A program made the position numbers and the translations under genes. DNA of 58,564 bases, counting the filler, from an uncultured Acidimicrobiales bacterium (GTDB taxonomy: Bacteria > Actinomycetota > Acidimicrobiia > Acidimicrobiales > UBA10347), in the NCBI GenBank assembly GCA_943788915.1. It is 3 parts of 3 records of this genome, joined end to end, with 100 filler letters (N's around TTAATTAATTAA, not from the genome) between each part and the next. Parts side by side here need not be neighbours in the genome. Positions count along the whole stretch, not along the records: positions 1 to 18,874 come from CALSSD010000023.1; 2 more parts are not named here. One strand, written 5' to 3'. Below are positions 1 to 10,109 of this stretch, piece after piece; the first letter of the stretch is position 1; each line of letters begins with the position of its first letter. A model generated the notes under the pieces. That model worked only from the letters and a program-made list of their open reading frames with translations, did not search any database and was not told the DNA's origin.

Positions 1-124
1 CGGCGCAGGACCTGGCAGCTATCCCGCGATGATGGCGCCGGTCGCAGGGCTGCTGACCGGGCACTATCCCGTCCAGCAGCACCGCCCGCCCCGGCTGCTC
101 TCACAGTTAACCGGATCTGAGCCT

Positions 125-997
125 TCAGCGTGGCGGTCGAGGAATCAACACCGGCACGTTCTTCAGGTACTCCTGGTAGGCGGGCTCGTCGCCCCACCGC
201 TTAACGCCACGTCGTTCGAGGGCGGGCAGGCCGGAGATCTTTGTAAGTAGCAGGATCACGAACAGCGGCGAAATCAGAGCAACGAACTCTCGGCCGTCGA
301 ACGCTGGCAGAGCAATGAGCGCCATACCGACCCACAGGGTGATCTCGCCGAAGTAGTTCGGGTGACGTGACCATGCCCAGATCCCGGTCGAGATGAAACG
401 TCCCTTGTTGACGGGGTCTTTCTTAAACGTCGTCTTCTCGCCATCGGCTCGGACCTCTATGGCGAAGCCGACGATCCACACCACTAGGCCGACAATGGTC
501 AGCACGCCGAAGGGTGCCTCGTCGACAGATGTGATCGCCGTCCAGGCTGCGAGCGCTGTGAGCGATACCCACAGAGCCTGAAGCGTCCAGGTTTCGAACA
601 ACCGCATTGGATCGGAGCGGATGCGATTGAAGCGGCTGTCGACGCCACCATCACCGTGGATGCGCTTGAACAGGAAGCTACCGAGTCGTCCTGCCCAGAC
701 AAAGATGAGCCCGGCCATGATGAACGACGTCGCTTCGTTGTTCGGGCCCAGGATCAGCGCCAGGATGGTGACCGATATATAGGTCAGGCTTCCGGTCAGA
801 TCGAAGTACTTCTCCGTCTTATTGATGAGCGAGTGGATGAACACCAACCAGTTCACACCAAACGCAGCCAGGATGCACCACACCACTGCGGGCACGCCCG
901 CTTGTTCCACGCTGTCGGCGCTGACCAGCCAGGCAACCAGTGCTGCGACCACCGCACTGATAATCGATGCAAGAATCGCAATCGTATTTCTACTCAT
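125..997 (-). CDS. DUF1295 family membrane protein (steroid 5-alpha reductase-like C-terminus)
   Basis: Multi-TM protein with DLTGSLTY, DSRF, W-x-LQ-x-LW and GIWAWSRHPNYFGE motifs. Start set at ATG 997 (MSRNT), 5 nt after CATACT. Confidence 0.85.
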   Translation of the reverse strand: MSRNTIAILASIISAVVAALVAWLVSADSVEQAGVPAVVWCILAAFGVNWLVFIHSLINKTEKYFDLTGSLTYISVTILALILGPNNEATSFIMAGLIFVWAGRLGSFLFKRIHGDGGVDSRFNRIRSDPMRLFETWTLQALWVSLTALAAWTAITSVDEAPFGVLTIVGLVVWIVGFAIEVRADGEKTTFKKDPVNKGRFISTGIWAWSRHPNYFGEITLWVGMALIALPAFDGREFVALISPLFVILLLTKISGLPALERRGVKRWGDEPAYQEYLKNVPVLIPRPPR

Positions 998-1106
998 GCG
1001 CCAGTATGACCCGATGACGCGGCCCGCGCCGATTCGGCAGGGCGATAGGTGGCGATAGGTCAAGCCTCGGGTGGAATCGCCTGACGCCGATGTGGCAGGC
1101 TCGCGT

Positions 1107-2237
1107 ATGGATCGAGATACTCAACTTGCTCTGCTCGACCGCGTCCAGGCGCATCGGACAGCGGGCCGCGGTACCGACGCGGAGAGCGAAGTCCATCGGC
1201 AACCGGTCGACGCCTACACCAGCGTGGAGCGCATGGATCGCGAACAGACGCTGCTGAACCACGCACCCACGATCGTGGGCCTCTCCGACATCCTCCCTCA
1301 ACCCGGCACCTACGCGGCGGTCACCGTTGGGACCGCACCCGTCGTGCTCACTCGAGATGCAGACGGGCAGGTTCGAGCGTTTCTGAACGTCTGTAGGCAC
1401 CGCGGTGCCGAGATAACTACAGGATGCGGTGCGGCCGCGATGTTGACGTGCCCGTATCACGGGTGGACGTACCACTTCGATGGATCGTTAGCCGCTCGTC
1501 GACGACCGGCCTACTTCGAAGGTGAAGCTGACGACGGCCTCGTCGCGCTTCCCACACTGGAACAGCACGGCCTGATCTGGGTGAGTGCCGATCCGACTGC
1601 CTCGATACCTGCCGAACCGTTGCAGGGCGCTGAACAAGACCTACGCGAACTTGGCCTGGCTGATCACCGTTTGTTCACGTCAACGACATTCACTCGCCCT
1701 ATCAACTGGAAACTGGTCATCGACACCTTCCTCGAGGTGTACCACGTGGGCGTGCTCCACAAGGCCACGATCGACCCGCTCATCCACAGCGACTTTGCCC
1801 TCTTCGATGCGTTTGGGTCCAACGGGCGCATGGTCGTCACCCGTCGTTCGATCAGCGATCTCGATACGTTGCCCAGAACCGAGTGGCCATTCTTTCCCCA
1901 TACGACGATCGTGTGGGCGCTACAGCCGAACACAATCCTGATCTACCAGCAAGACCATGCCCAGCTGTACCAGTCCAGGCCAGGCGCTCATCCCGGCGAG
2001 TCCATCATTACGGTGTCGGTTTATGTGCCGCAAGACACGACGCGGTCCGATGAACATTGGCAGAAGAACTTCGACCTGCTGGTGGAGGTCACCGATTCTG
2101 AGGACTTCGTGACGTGCGCAGGGATCCAACGCGGGTTCGAATCCGGCGCGCAAGAACACATCACGTTTGGCACGAACGAGCCGTTATTGGCCCACTACGA
2201 ACGCGAGCTCACCAACTTGCTGGTGGCAGACGACTGA
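1107..2237 (+). CDS. Rieske non-heme iron oxygenase alpha subunit (choline monooxygenase-like group)
   Basis: Rieske ligands CRHRG...CPYHGW, mononuclear Fe motif NWK...FLEVYHVGVLH, C-terminal SED. ORF is open from 1071; ATG 1107 preferred. Confidence 0.88.
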   Translation: MDRDTQLALLDRVQAHRTAGRGTDAESEVHRQPVDAYTSVERMDREQTLLNHAPTIVGLSDILPQPGTYAAVTVGTAPVVLTRDADGQVRAFLNVCRHRGAEITTGCGAAAMLTCPYHGWTYHFDGSLAARRRPAYFEGEADDGLVALPTLEQHGLIWVSADPTASIPAEPLQGAEQDLRELGLADHRLFTSTTFTRPINWKLVIDTFLEVYHVGVLHKATIDPLIHSDFALFDAFGSNGRMVVTRRSISDLDTLPRTEWPFFPHTTIVWALQPNTILIYQQDHAQLYQSRPGAHPGESIITVSVYVPQDTTRSDEHWQKNFDLLVEVTDSEDFVTCAGIQRGFESGAQEHITFGTNEPLLAHYERELTNLLVADD

Positions 2238-2253
2238 TCTACACCTGCCGAAG

Positions 2254-2279
2254 GTTGGGCACCAGGGCCTGTGCCCAAC
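2254..2279. terminator. Hairpin between convergent genes (possible bidirectional terminator)
   Basis: GTTGGGCAC-8nt-GTGCCCAAC perfect 9-bp stem in the gap between the Rieske stop (2237) and the acoX stop (2291). No U-tract. Confidence 0.5.
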
Positions 2280-2290
2280 GGGTTGAACCA

Positions 2291-3250
2291 TTAGCCAGTA
2301 GCTAACGCAGCGGTCGGGTCGATCACCCACGGGCCGTTGGCGTTGAGTGTGATCTTCACTTGTTGACCAGGAGCCAGCACCACGTCTCGTTCTCCATCAA
2401 AGGCCAACACGCCTGGGCCGTCGATGACAACAGACTGTCCGAGATCCAACCGTTCATACGACGCTATAGCGACATCGTGGTAGAGGCCGGGAGCGATGGG
2501 CGCTCGAACCGTCTGGCCGGGACCGAACCTCAGATGCACACCACCAAACTCGTGACGAGTTACTGGTGCGACCCGGGCCGCAATCGATGACAGCCCAATG
2601 GTTGCCGGTTCAGCGGTAGTCACGATCAGCTGACGAAGAGTGTCGACATCCCATATCGCTCGACTTGCGGTGAAAGACCCTTCGACCATCGCTATATCGA
2701 TCAGAGCAAGATCGTCCTTGATTCCCTCACCGGTGACGTCGAGGATCTTGGCTCGGTGAGCGATGAGCTCCAACGGCTTGCTACCCGAGGCTGCAATTGC
2801 AGCAGCATGGCCGGCCACGGTTGCCTCGATCATCTGTGGGTACACATTGTTCGTGCCAGTAGACACTGGCACCATCGGTGCGTCGCGCCAGCCTTTCGCG
2901 ATGTCACGGTGGGTGCCATCGCCGCCAAGTGTTACGAGCGCACCAACCCCGAGCTCTTGCAGTTGCTCGGCCATGCGCCGACTGTGAAACGAGGCCGGAT
3001 GCACTTCGTCACCAATGATCTCGACGGACGTCGCAGCGTCGTCATACTCCAAACCCCGCAGTGCCTGGCGGCCAAGCGACTTGTGATCGTCGGCAATAAG
3101 CACCCGATCGGCACCACCCTCGATCGCACCCACCACGGCGCGTCGAACAATACCGATCTTGGCCATGTCCGACGTCGGCGATGCCGACGACACCAGCCTG
3201 CGGATGTCTTTCCCCGCTGCCGGATTGGCGATTATCCCTACCGTTCCCAT
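2291..3250 (-). CDS. acoX: Acetoin catabolism protein X (ATP-NAD kinase-like family)
   Basis: N-terminus VGIIANPAAGKDIRRLVS, LGGDGT, STGTNN and LAFDGERD motifs. Lies downstream of E1 alpha/beta genes. Confidence 0.82.
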   Translation of the reverse strand: MGTVGIIANPAAGKDIRRLVSSASPTSDMAKIGIVRRAVVGAIEGGADRVLIADDHKSLGRQALRGLEYDDAATSVEIIGDEVHPASFHSRRMAEQLQELGVGALVTLGGDGTHRDIAKGWRDAPMVPVSTGTNNVYPQMIEATVAGHAAAIAASGSKPLELIAHRAKILDVTGEGIKDDLALIDIAMVEGSFTASRAIWDVDTLRQLIVTTAEPATIGLSSIAARVAPVTRHEFGGVHLRFGPGQTVRAPIAPGLYHDVAIASYERLDLGQSVVIDGPGVLAFDGERDVVLAPGQQVKITLNANGPWVIDPTAALATG

Positions 3251-3443
3251 GACACTTCTACAAGTTCAGGCTCGCCATCGCGGGCAGGTTGATGTGTGTG
3301 GCGGCCCAAGCTTGCAGGGACCGTAGACCGGTTCGACTCAGACAGGATTGCGGGCGCAGCGAGCGATCCGGACTCCCCCCGACCTCCGTCGGACCCTGAT
3401 TCGATCACGTGCTCCTACAGAAGGTTCTCGTCATTGTCAGGAG

Positions 3444-4445
3444 TTAACCTCGCTGAACGGCGGCGCGGACGCCTTCGGCGATGCGCTTGGCATCGGGCAC
3501 ATAGGCGCCTTCGAGTACGGGCGAGAACGGCACCGGCGAGAACGGAGCAGCGACACGTCCGATCGGGGCATCGAGATAGTCGAACGCTTCTTCCTGGATC
3601 TGAGCCGCAATCTCGGCGCCCATACCCGCGAAACGAACTGCCTCATGCACCACAACGCAGCGATTGGTGCGCTTGACCGAAGCGATGATCGTCTCGCTGT
3701 CCATTGGTTGCAGGGTGCGGAGGTCGATGACCTCGACGTCGACACCTTCGCTGGAAAGAATCGACGCAGCTTTGAGCGACTCGCCGACCATCCGTCCATA
3801 GGTCACGATGGTGGCATCGGTGCCAGGACGGGTGATGTTTGCAACACCCAGCGGCACTTCGAACAGATCCTCTGGGCAGGGGCCCTTGGTGCCGAACAGG
3901 GTCTTGGTCTTGGCGTAGATCACCGGGTTGTCATCGCGGATGGAGGCCACCAGGAGACCCTTGGCATCGTAGGGGTTCGAAGGCATGACGACCTTGAGAC
4001 CCGGCACGTGGGCCAGCATCGACTCGAGGCTCTGGCTGTGCTGAGCAGCAGCCGAGAGACCTGCGCCAGCATTGGTGGTGATGGTCAGCGGCAGGCTTGT
4101 CTTGCCACCGAACATGTACTTGAGCTTGGCTGCCTGGTTCGCGATCTGGTCCATGGCAACCATGATGAAGTCCATAAACATGAGGTCGACGACGGGCCGC
4201 AAGCCAGCAACAGCAGCGCCGATACCAAGACCGACGATTGCTTGTTCGCTGATAGGTGTATCGACGGCACGCAGCTCGCCGTACTTCTTCTGGAGGCCAC
4301 CGAAGCTGCCGAACACACCACCGCTAGCGCCAACATCTTCGCCAGCGCAAAAGACGTCGGGGTCTTCGGCCATGATCTGATGGAGCGCCTCGTTGACTGC
4401 GCCTAGGTAGCTCAGCTCACGGAGCTCGGTTTCGGTTGCGCTCAT
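3444..4445 (-). CDS. acoB: TPP-dependent acetoin/2-oxoacid dehydrogenase E1 beta subunit
   Basis: GEDV, DTPISE, NQAAKLKYMFGG, AAQHSQ and VIDLRTL motifs. ATGA overlap with the alpha subunit gene. Confidence 0.88.
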   Translation of the reverse strand: MSATETELRELSYLGAVNEALHQIMAEDPDVFCAGEDVGASGGVFGSFGGLQKKYGELRAVDTPISEQAIVGLGIGAAVAGLRPVVDLMFMDFIMVAMDQIANQAAKLKYMFGGKTSLPLTITTNAGAGLSAAAQHSQSLESMLAHVPGLKVVMPSNPYDAKGLLVASIRDDNPVIYAKTKTLFGTKGPCPEDLFEVPLGVANITRPGTDATIVTYGRMVGESLKAASILSSEGVDVEVIDLRTLQPMDSETIIASVKRTNRCVVVHEAVRFAGMGAEIAAQIQEEAFDYLDAPIGRVAAPFSPVPFSPVLEGAYVPDAKRIAEGVRAAVQRG

Positions 4446-5425
4446 GAGTTTGCTCCTGCCACGGTGTAGACGTCGTCCATCAAGGTGTCGACGTCGGGGA
4501 ATGGGCTATTGCGGCCGAACTCGACAGCCTCGTCGACGTCGGCTTGCACCTTGGCTCGAATGGTGTCGATCTCGTCTTGGGTCATGACACCTTGCGCAAG
4601 CATGTCGCGTTCGATTCCCTCGATGCAGTCACGCGTCTTCCACATATCGACTTCTTCGTCGGTGCGGTATTTGAAGCCCATGATCTGCACACCATGATGG
4701 TTGTAATACCGATAGGTCTTGCACTCGATGAACGACGGGCCGTGACCGGCACGTGCTCGAGCAACGGCCTGGGTTGTTGCTTCGTATACCGCAACAGAGT
4801 CCATACCGTCGACGATGACGCCGGGCATGCCGTAACCGGCAGCGCGGTCAACGACATCGTCGATCGCCATGGTCTTAGACCGTGGCGTGTACTCGCCGTA
4901 TTCATTGTTCTCACACACGAACACCGCAGGAAGCTGCAGCGCAGCTGCCATGTTTGCAGCCTCGTGGAACGCACCGATGTTCACGGCGCCATCACCGAAG
5001 AACACAACAGCGACGGTGTCATTGCCTCGGTACTTGTTGGCAAACGCTGCGCCGACAGCAATTGGCGCACCAGCGCCAACGATGCCGTTGGCACCGAGCA
5101 TGTTCAGATCCAGATCGCAGATGTGCATAGAACCACCCTTGCCATTGCAGTAACCGTCGGCTTTGCCCATGAGCTCGGCCATCATCTTGGGCAGGTCGCC
5201 ACCCTTGCCAACCAAGTGGCCGTGACCACGATGCGTCGAACCGATCTGGTCGTCGGGACGCAACGCTGCGCACACGCCGGCAGCAACGGCTTCTTCGCCC
5301 ACGTACAGGTGGAGGAAGCCTGGCATCTCGGAGTTCTCAAACAGCTTGCCAGCCGCCTCTTCGAAGAAGCGGATGCGGATCATGCGGTAGTGCAAGTCCT
5401 TGAGTACCTCGTTGGTGATTTCCAT
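4442..5425 (-). CDS. acoA: TPP-dependent acetoin/2-oxoacid dehydrogenase E1 alpha subunit
   Basis: PGFLHLYVGEEA, STHRGHGH, GKGGSMH and TPP motif GDGA...ENN. Next to acoB and acoX. Confidence 0.88.
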   Translation of the reverse strand: MEITNEVLKDLHYRMIRIRFFEEAAGKLFENSEMPGFLHLYVGEEAVAAGVCAALRPDDQIGSTHRGHGHLVGKGGDLPKMMAELMGKADGYCNGKGGSMHICDLDLNMLGANGIVGAGAPIAVGAAFANKYRGNDTVAVVFFGDGAVNIGAFHEAANMAAALQLPAVFVCENNEYGEYTPRSKTMAIDDVVDRAAGYGMPGVIVDGMDSVAVYEATTQAVARARAGHGPSFIECKTYRYYNHHGVQIMGFKYRTDEEVDMWKTRDCIEGIERDMLAQGVMTQDEIDTIRAKVQADVDEAVEFGRNSPFPDVDTLMDDVYTVAGANS

Positions 5426-5681
5426 GATCTGCTGTCTTTCCGCGACGCTTGCTCGCTACTCGCGCCGCTTGCTTCCGGCCTTGGCCGCAACGTGATCGTG
5501 TTGAGATGGCCCCGGTTGCCCTTCCTTCAACCTAGGGCACGTGCCTAATCCAGTCGTAGCTGGCTGCGGCTCGTGAGTTACGCCACTGGCCTAGCGCGTG
5601 TCTTCCATGCCGGGCGGATGCAGGGTCGAGGAAGCTCTCACTACTGCGGTGAATCTCATGAGCCGCGTTCGAAGCGGAGAA

Positions 5682-6962
5682 TCACCGCGGGACGTCTTTC
5701 CAGGCCATGCCCTTATCGGTGCGAGGTTCGCCAGGCAGGCCCAGCACTCGCTCGCCGATGATATTGCGTTGGATTTCGTCGGAGCCGCCAGCGATGCGGT
5801 AGCCGGGCGCACCCAATACGTGCTCACCCCATGCGTAGGTGCCCCACTCGCCTGTGTCGGCGGTCAGTCGACTGCCGAGAATGTCGCTGACCACGTCGGA
5901 CATGCGGGTCATGCCTTTGGTCCACAGCAGCTTGCCGAGTGAACCTTCGGGGCCGGGTGTTCCACCCTTGGCCAGGTCAGCGGCGCGGCGCAGCGTGTAC
6001 GACTCAGCCTGCAGATGGATGTAGAGGTCGGCCAGTTTCTGGCGGACGATTGGATCGTCGGCGACCCCCATAGCTCTGGCAGTATCCAAAACCTGCATCC
6101 ACGAACCGCCGGTCTTTGCGCCGCCGCCCCCTGCGTCTTGTGAGTGATCGCGTTCGAAACCAAGTGTGGTGAGTGCAACCTTCCAGCCTTCACCCTCGTC
6201 GCCGAGGCGCATGGAATCGGGCACTCGTACATCGTTGAAGAACACTTCGTTGAACGACGTGCCGCCACTCATCTGCTTGATCGGGCGCACCTCGATTCCT
6301 GGCAAGTCGAGTGGCAAGATGAATGCCGTCTGGCCTTTGTGTTTTGGGGCGTCGACATCGCTGCGGGCGATCAGCTGACCCCATTGTGCGAACTGAGCGC
6401 CGCTGGTCCAGACCTTCTGACCGTTGACCACCCACTCGTCGCCATCTTTGACTGCCCTACAGGCAAGTCCAGCAAGATCGCTACCGGCATTCGGCTCGCT
6501 GAAGAGCTGAATACATAACTCCTCGGCCCGCAGGAACGTGTCGATGTGGTTGGCCTTTTGTTCGTCGGTACCGAACAGATTGATCGTCGGCGCCATCAGA
6601 CCCATAGTCACACTGATCGCTTCGTGGCGACCGGGAACGTCATAGTCGCGTTCCAGCCGGGAGTACGCCCGAGCGTGCTGTTGGCTAAGGCCACGACCGC
6701 CGTGCTCGACGGGCCAGGTGATTGCGTTGTACCCCTTCTCGGACTTGGTCTGGATCCACGAGGCGATCTCGTCGAGCAGATTCTGTTCCTGCTCATGTTC
6801 GAGATTGTGGAAGATCGACACGCTGAACTCGCCCTCGCCCCATTCGGGCGCTGGGCCATCTTCGGCGACCTTTGGTTTAGCGTTCTCTTTGAGCCAGGAT
6901 GCAGCTTCAACTTGGAAATCTTCGATGGAGATTTGTTCAGCAGCATGGTCGGTTGCAGTCAT
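5682..6962 (-). CDS. Acyl-CoA dehydrogenase (actinobacterial FadE-type)
   Basis: QLFSEPNAGSDLA, NGQKVWTSGA, FNEVFF and IAGGSDEIQRNII motifs. AAAGGA RBS upstream. Confidence 0.92.
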   Translation of the reverse strand: MTATDHAAEQISIEDFQVEAASWLKENAKPKVAEDGPAPEWGEGEFSVSIFHNLEHEQEQNLLDEIASWIQTKSEKGYNAITWPVEHGGRGLSQQHARAYSRLERDYDVPGRHEAISVTMGLMAPTINLFGTDEQKANHIDTFLRAEELCIQLFSEPNAGSDLAGLACRAVKDGDEWVVNGQKVWTSGAQFAQWGQLIARSDVDAPKHKGQTAFILPLDLPGIEVRPIKQMSGGTSFNEVFFNDVRVPDSMRLGDEGEGWKVALTTLGFERDHSQDAGGGGAKTGGSWMQVLDTARAMGVADDPIVRQKLADLYIHLQAESYTLRRAADLAKGGTPGPEGSLGKLLWTKGMTRMSDVVSDILGSRLTADTGEWGTYAWGEHVLGAPGYRIAGGSDEIQRNIIGERVLGLPGEPRTDKGMAWKDVPR

Positions 6963-7132
6963 CGGCGTCCTTTAGTGAATGCCGCGTCAGTATTACAATC
7001 CGCTCATCACTCGGAGAAGTCGCGGCAGGTATTTCACCGCTCGGCGGCGAGCACGCGGGCAGCACAGCGGTCCGGGACCACAGGCCTGAGAGCTCAACGA
7101 GCTCCTCGGTAAGCGAACGAAGCGAACGGCGT

Positions 7133-7557
7133 TTACCCGCGGACCACCGCAACATTTCCTTCGGTCCACATCCCGGCCAGCGTGCGATTTTTGATACGCC
7201 ATCCCTGTGGGGTGCGTACGAAGTTGTCTTCGTAGCGACCGGCTACAACATAGTGCGGGCCCCCAACGGCATGTTTCCGGATGTGCTGGGCGTGCAGGTA
7301 ACACCGGCTGGTTGCCGTCTCCCCTTGGATCACGACCTGATGTGTCGCCACGATGTGCCGGCTGCCGTCGAATTTGCTCGACGCATTCGAACAGATCTGC
7401 TTGATCCCGTCCCGGTTGGCGGCTTCGTGGCCCCTAACACCGCTGTGGCAACGGGCAAGAAAACACTGTCGAGTTCGTGCCATTCGTTTCGATCCACCAC
7501 CCGGAAGTAGTTGTCTGTGACATCGATGATGTCGGCTCGGTCCCGGTAATCAACCAT
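7133..7557 (-). pseudogene. SnoaL-like/NTF2 family protein, single frameshift (possibly a sequencing indel)
   Basis: N-half DRADIIDV...VDRNEW continues in another frame as SRH...ATSRCYLHAQH...GRYEDNFVRTPQGWRI. The frames join if one G is added to the G4 run at 7431-7434. Confidence 0.8.
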
Positions 7558-7622
7558 CACCTGACCCTACGAGCCGACCCTACCGCTACCAGAAATCGGC
7601 TAGGAGAACGGACGCCGGGACA

Positions 7623-7637
7623 TAGGGTTGCGGTATG
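7623..7637 (+). promoter_or_regulatory. -10 element TAGGGT 6 nt before ATG (leaderless-type promoter); mirrored on the minus strand at 7564-7569 for the divergent gene
   Basis: TAGGGT 7623-7628 + 6 nt + ATG 7635, with no SD. Minus-strand TAGGGT + 6 nt + ATG 7557. Confidence 0.55.
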
Positions 7638-8636
7638 GAGATCCGCTCACTTCATCAAGACACCATCACCCCAGCCGACGCCATGGAACTCGCTCGGCTG
7701 CGGACTGTGGTCGATCCGCGTCGCCTTCGCTCCGATCCGCCCGTAGGCCGCGACCTTGCCGTCAACGAACTTCGGCCCAGCGTGTCGACATTCGTTTTCG
7801 AGTACTTCGGTCTCTTTGACGGGCCACACATGGTGGGCGTCGCTGAGACATCCGGAGCGTTTAATGCCGAGAACGCCGACGTATGCGAAGTCGGCCTGTG
7901 GATTGACCCTGAGCGTCATGGCCAAGGTCTGCATCGCCATCTCTTCGATCACGTCGACGCGATCGAGCGGGCTCGCGGCCGCGTCCGGTATTGGGGCTGG
8001 GGCGACCTCGCTGATGAGGCAACCCGCTCCTTCTGGGAAACCGAACTCGGCTACACACTCGCCTATGACGAACGAATCAGCCGTTGTGATCTCGCCAGCG
8101 TCGACAGCGCACTGATGCAACAGTGGATCGACCAAGCCACGGAACGAGCCAGCGGCTACGAACTCGTCCGTGCCCAAGCCCCGTTTAACGACGAACTGAT
8201 CGGCTATTTCGCGCAAGCGCTTGAAGCAATGGATGACGCACCGCTTGACGACCTTGTGCACGAAGCCGAGACGTTCGACGCCGACCGCGCCCGCGAGATC
8301 GAACAACTCCATCTGTCGACACAGTCCGACTACCGAGCTATCTTCGCGAGAGAGATGACTACCGGCGCACTCGCTGGTTACACGGCCATGCGTATTCCCA
8401 AAGCGGAACCTGCACTCTCGAAACAGGGCGACACGGTGACACTAGAAGCGCACCGCAACCGTGGCATCGGGCGTTGGATTAAGGCCGACATGTGGACGTG
8501 GCTGCGAACGGACCGGCCCGACGTGAACAGCCTGGATACCGGCAACGCCGAGTCGAACCGAGCCATGCTCGCAATCAACGAAGCCATGGGGTTTCGCGAC
8601 ATCCTTCATCATGGGGTCTGGCATAAACCGGCCTAA
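7635..8636 (+). CDS. Tandem GNAT-family N-acetyltransferase
   Basis: Two acetyl-CoA-binding motifs (IDPERHGQGL; TVTLEAHRNRGIG) and C-terminal TGNAESNRAMLAINEAMGF. Confidence 0.85.
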   Translation: MEIRSLHQDTITPADAMELARLRTVVDPRRLRSDPPVGRDLAVNELRPSVSTFVFEYFGLFDGPHMVGVAETSGAFNAENADVCEVGLWIDPERHGQGLHRHLFDHVDAIERARGRVRYWGWGDLADEATRSFWETELGYTLAYDERISRCDLASVDSALMQQWIDQATERASGYELVRAQAPFNDELIGYFAQALEAMDDAPLDDLVHEAETFDADRAREIEQLHLSTQSDYRAIFAREMTTGALAGYTAMRIPKAEPALSKQGDTVTLEAHRNRGIGRWIKADMWTWLRTDRPDVNSLDTGNAESNRAMLAINEAMGFRDILHHGVWHKPA

Positions 8637-8820
8637 GACGATCGCTGCACCTCCGTGGGCCGACCATCACACCCGCGCATCGATGTTCTGCGGTCGTCTT
8701 GACGAGTCGTCTCACTTCCAGCGGCTAGCCAGTCGGTGATGACTTGACCTAGGCCGTCCCTGACGTATTGTCTGGCGTGCACAACTTCCGCGTCGATACC
8801 CACCACATCGACCTCACCGC

Positions 8821-10041
8821 ATGACGCACGGAGTCGAAGCTGCCACATCGGGGAGCGAACTCGCGGACCCAGCCAGCCGAAAGCCATTGCGAAACTTCGT
8901 GCTCGTATCGACCATGGTGTCGACCGCATATCTGATCTTCATCGTGTCGGTGCTGGCGAGCACCTTCATCGAAGAGTTCAACCTGAGTCGGTTCGAGCTG
9001 GGTCTCATCGGCTCGCTGAACACTGCCGTTGGAGCGATCACGGCACCAGCGACAGGGCGGTTAACCGACCGAATCGGGCCACGGCTTTCCAGCGTGACCG
9101 CGCAACTCATTGCCGCATTCGGACTGGCACTGGTAGCGCTTTCACAATCGGTGATCATGCTCATCATCGCGGCATGCATCCTGGGCCTCCCTCAGGGCTG
9201 GGGTAACCCAACGACCAATGCACTGATCGCCGAGCGCGTCGAACCAGGCCGACGCGGCACCATCACCGGCATCAAACAAAGCGGTGTCACGCTCGGCGTC
9301 TTCTTGGCCGGACTCACGCTCCCAAGCCTGGCCGAAGCACTGGGCTGGCGCTGGGCCGTCGGCCTTTACGCAGCCGCCTTCGCAGTGATCGGCCTCGCGC
9401 CATTGCTCTTGCCAGCGCACGTTGCCCCCTTCACCACCACCGATGCAACAACCGCCGATGTTGAGTCCAAGCCCTACAACCAGCGGGCCGTGTGGTTGAT
9501 CGCGCTGTACGCATTTCTTATGGGGACTTCGGGCGGCGCCATCAGCCGGTTCCTCGCACTTTTCGCCGAAGAAGAGGCCGGGCTTTCCAAGTCGACGGCT
9601 GGACTCGTCGTTGCCTTGACAGGCATCGGTGGCATGGCTGCCCGTATTGGCGCAGGCAAACTTGCCGAGAAGCGGGTTGCGCCGCTCAAGTTGTTATCGA
9701 TCCTGGCCCTCATTGGCACCACCGTGTCGATGCTGCTTATGCTCACGCTCGAGGGTGGCGCATGGTTGTTGTGGCCTGTCGCTGCGCTCTTCGCCATCGG
9801 TCATACCGCTTGGAACGCCGTTGCCATGCTGGCAATCATTCTGGGTGTGCCCAAGGCTCACGCCGGTCGAGCTTCAGGAGCCGTGATGGTCGGCTTCCTC
9901 GGCGGTCTAGCGGTCGGCGCTCCCCTTGCCGGACTCACGATCGACGCGACCGACAGCTATCAACCGGTTTGGGTCGCCACGCTGGTGTTGGCTGCGGTCG
10001 CAGCAATGGTGGCCGAGTTCGCCCGCCGTACCGCTGCCTGA
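8821..10041 (+). CDS. MFS transporter
   Basis: About 12 hydrophobic segments; motif A GRLTDRIGPR; RRG...GIKQSG. Confidence 0.88.
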   Translation: MTHGVEAATSGSELADPASRKPLRNFVLVSTMVSTAYLIFIVSVLASTFIEEFNLSRFELGLIGSLNTAVGAITAPATGRLTDRIGPRLSSVTAQLIAAFGLALVALSQSVIMLIIAACILGLPQGWGNPTTNALIAERVEPGRRGTITGIKQSGVTLGVFLAGLTLPSLAEALGWRWAVGLYAAAFAVIGLAPLLLPAHVAPFTTTDATTADVESKPYNQRAVWLIALYAFLMGTSGGAISRFLALFAEEEAGLSKSTAGLVVALTGIGGMAARIGAGKLAEKRVAPLKLLSILALIGTTVSMLLMLTLEGGAWLLWPVAALFAIGHTAWNAVAMLAIILGVPKAHAGRASGAVMVGFLGGLAVGAPLAGLTIDATDSYQPVWVATLVLAAVAAMVAEFARRTAA

Positions 10042-10109
10042 TTGGCCGGAGCCCAGCGAACGCCGCGGTCGCCATAGACTGGCGTGATCCAAACAAGAGC
10101 GGTTACCTA

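Noticed and set aside
3348..5548. Long plus-strand ORFs 3348-4406 and 4544-5548 (similarly 35408-36628 and 37918-38814)
   Set aside because: These are antisense shadows of well-supported genes, expected in GC-rich DNA, and carry no motifs.
7431..7434. Programmed ribosomal frameshifting in the split genes
   Set aside because: There are no slippery heptamers or stimulators, these families are not known to be recoded, and the indels fall in short homopolymers.
9492..10109. N-terminal extension of the 486-aa ORF (similarly 43194-43484, 48226-48678 and 40527-40778)
   Set aside because: Each extension overlaps a neighbouring real gene and is low-quality sequence; downstream starts have better signals.
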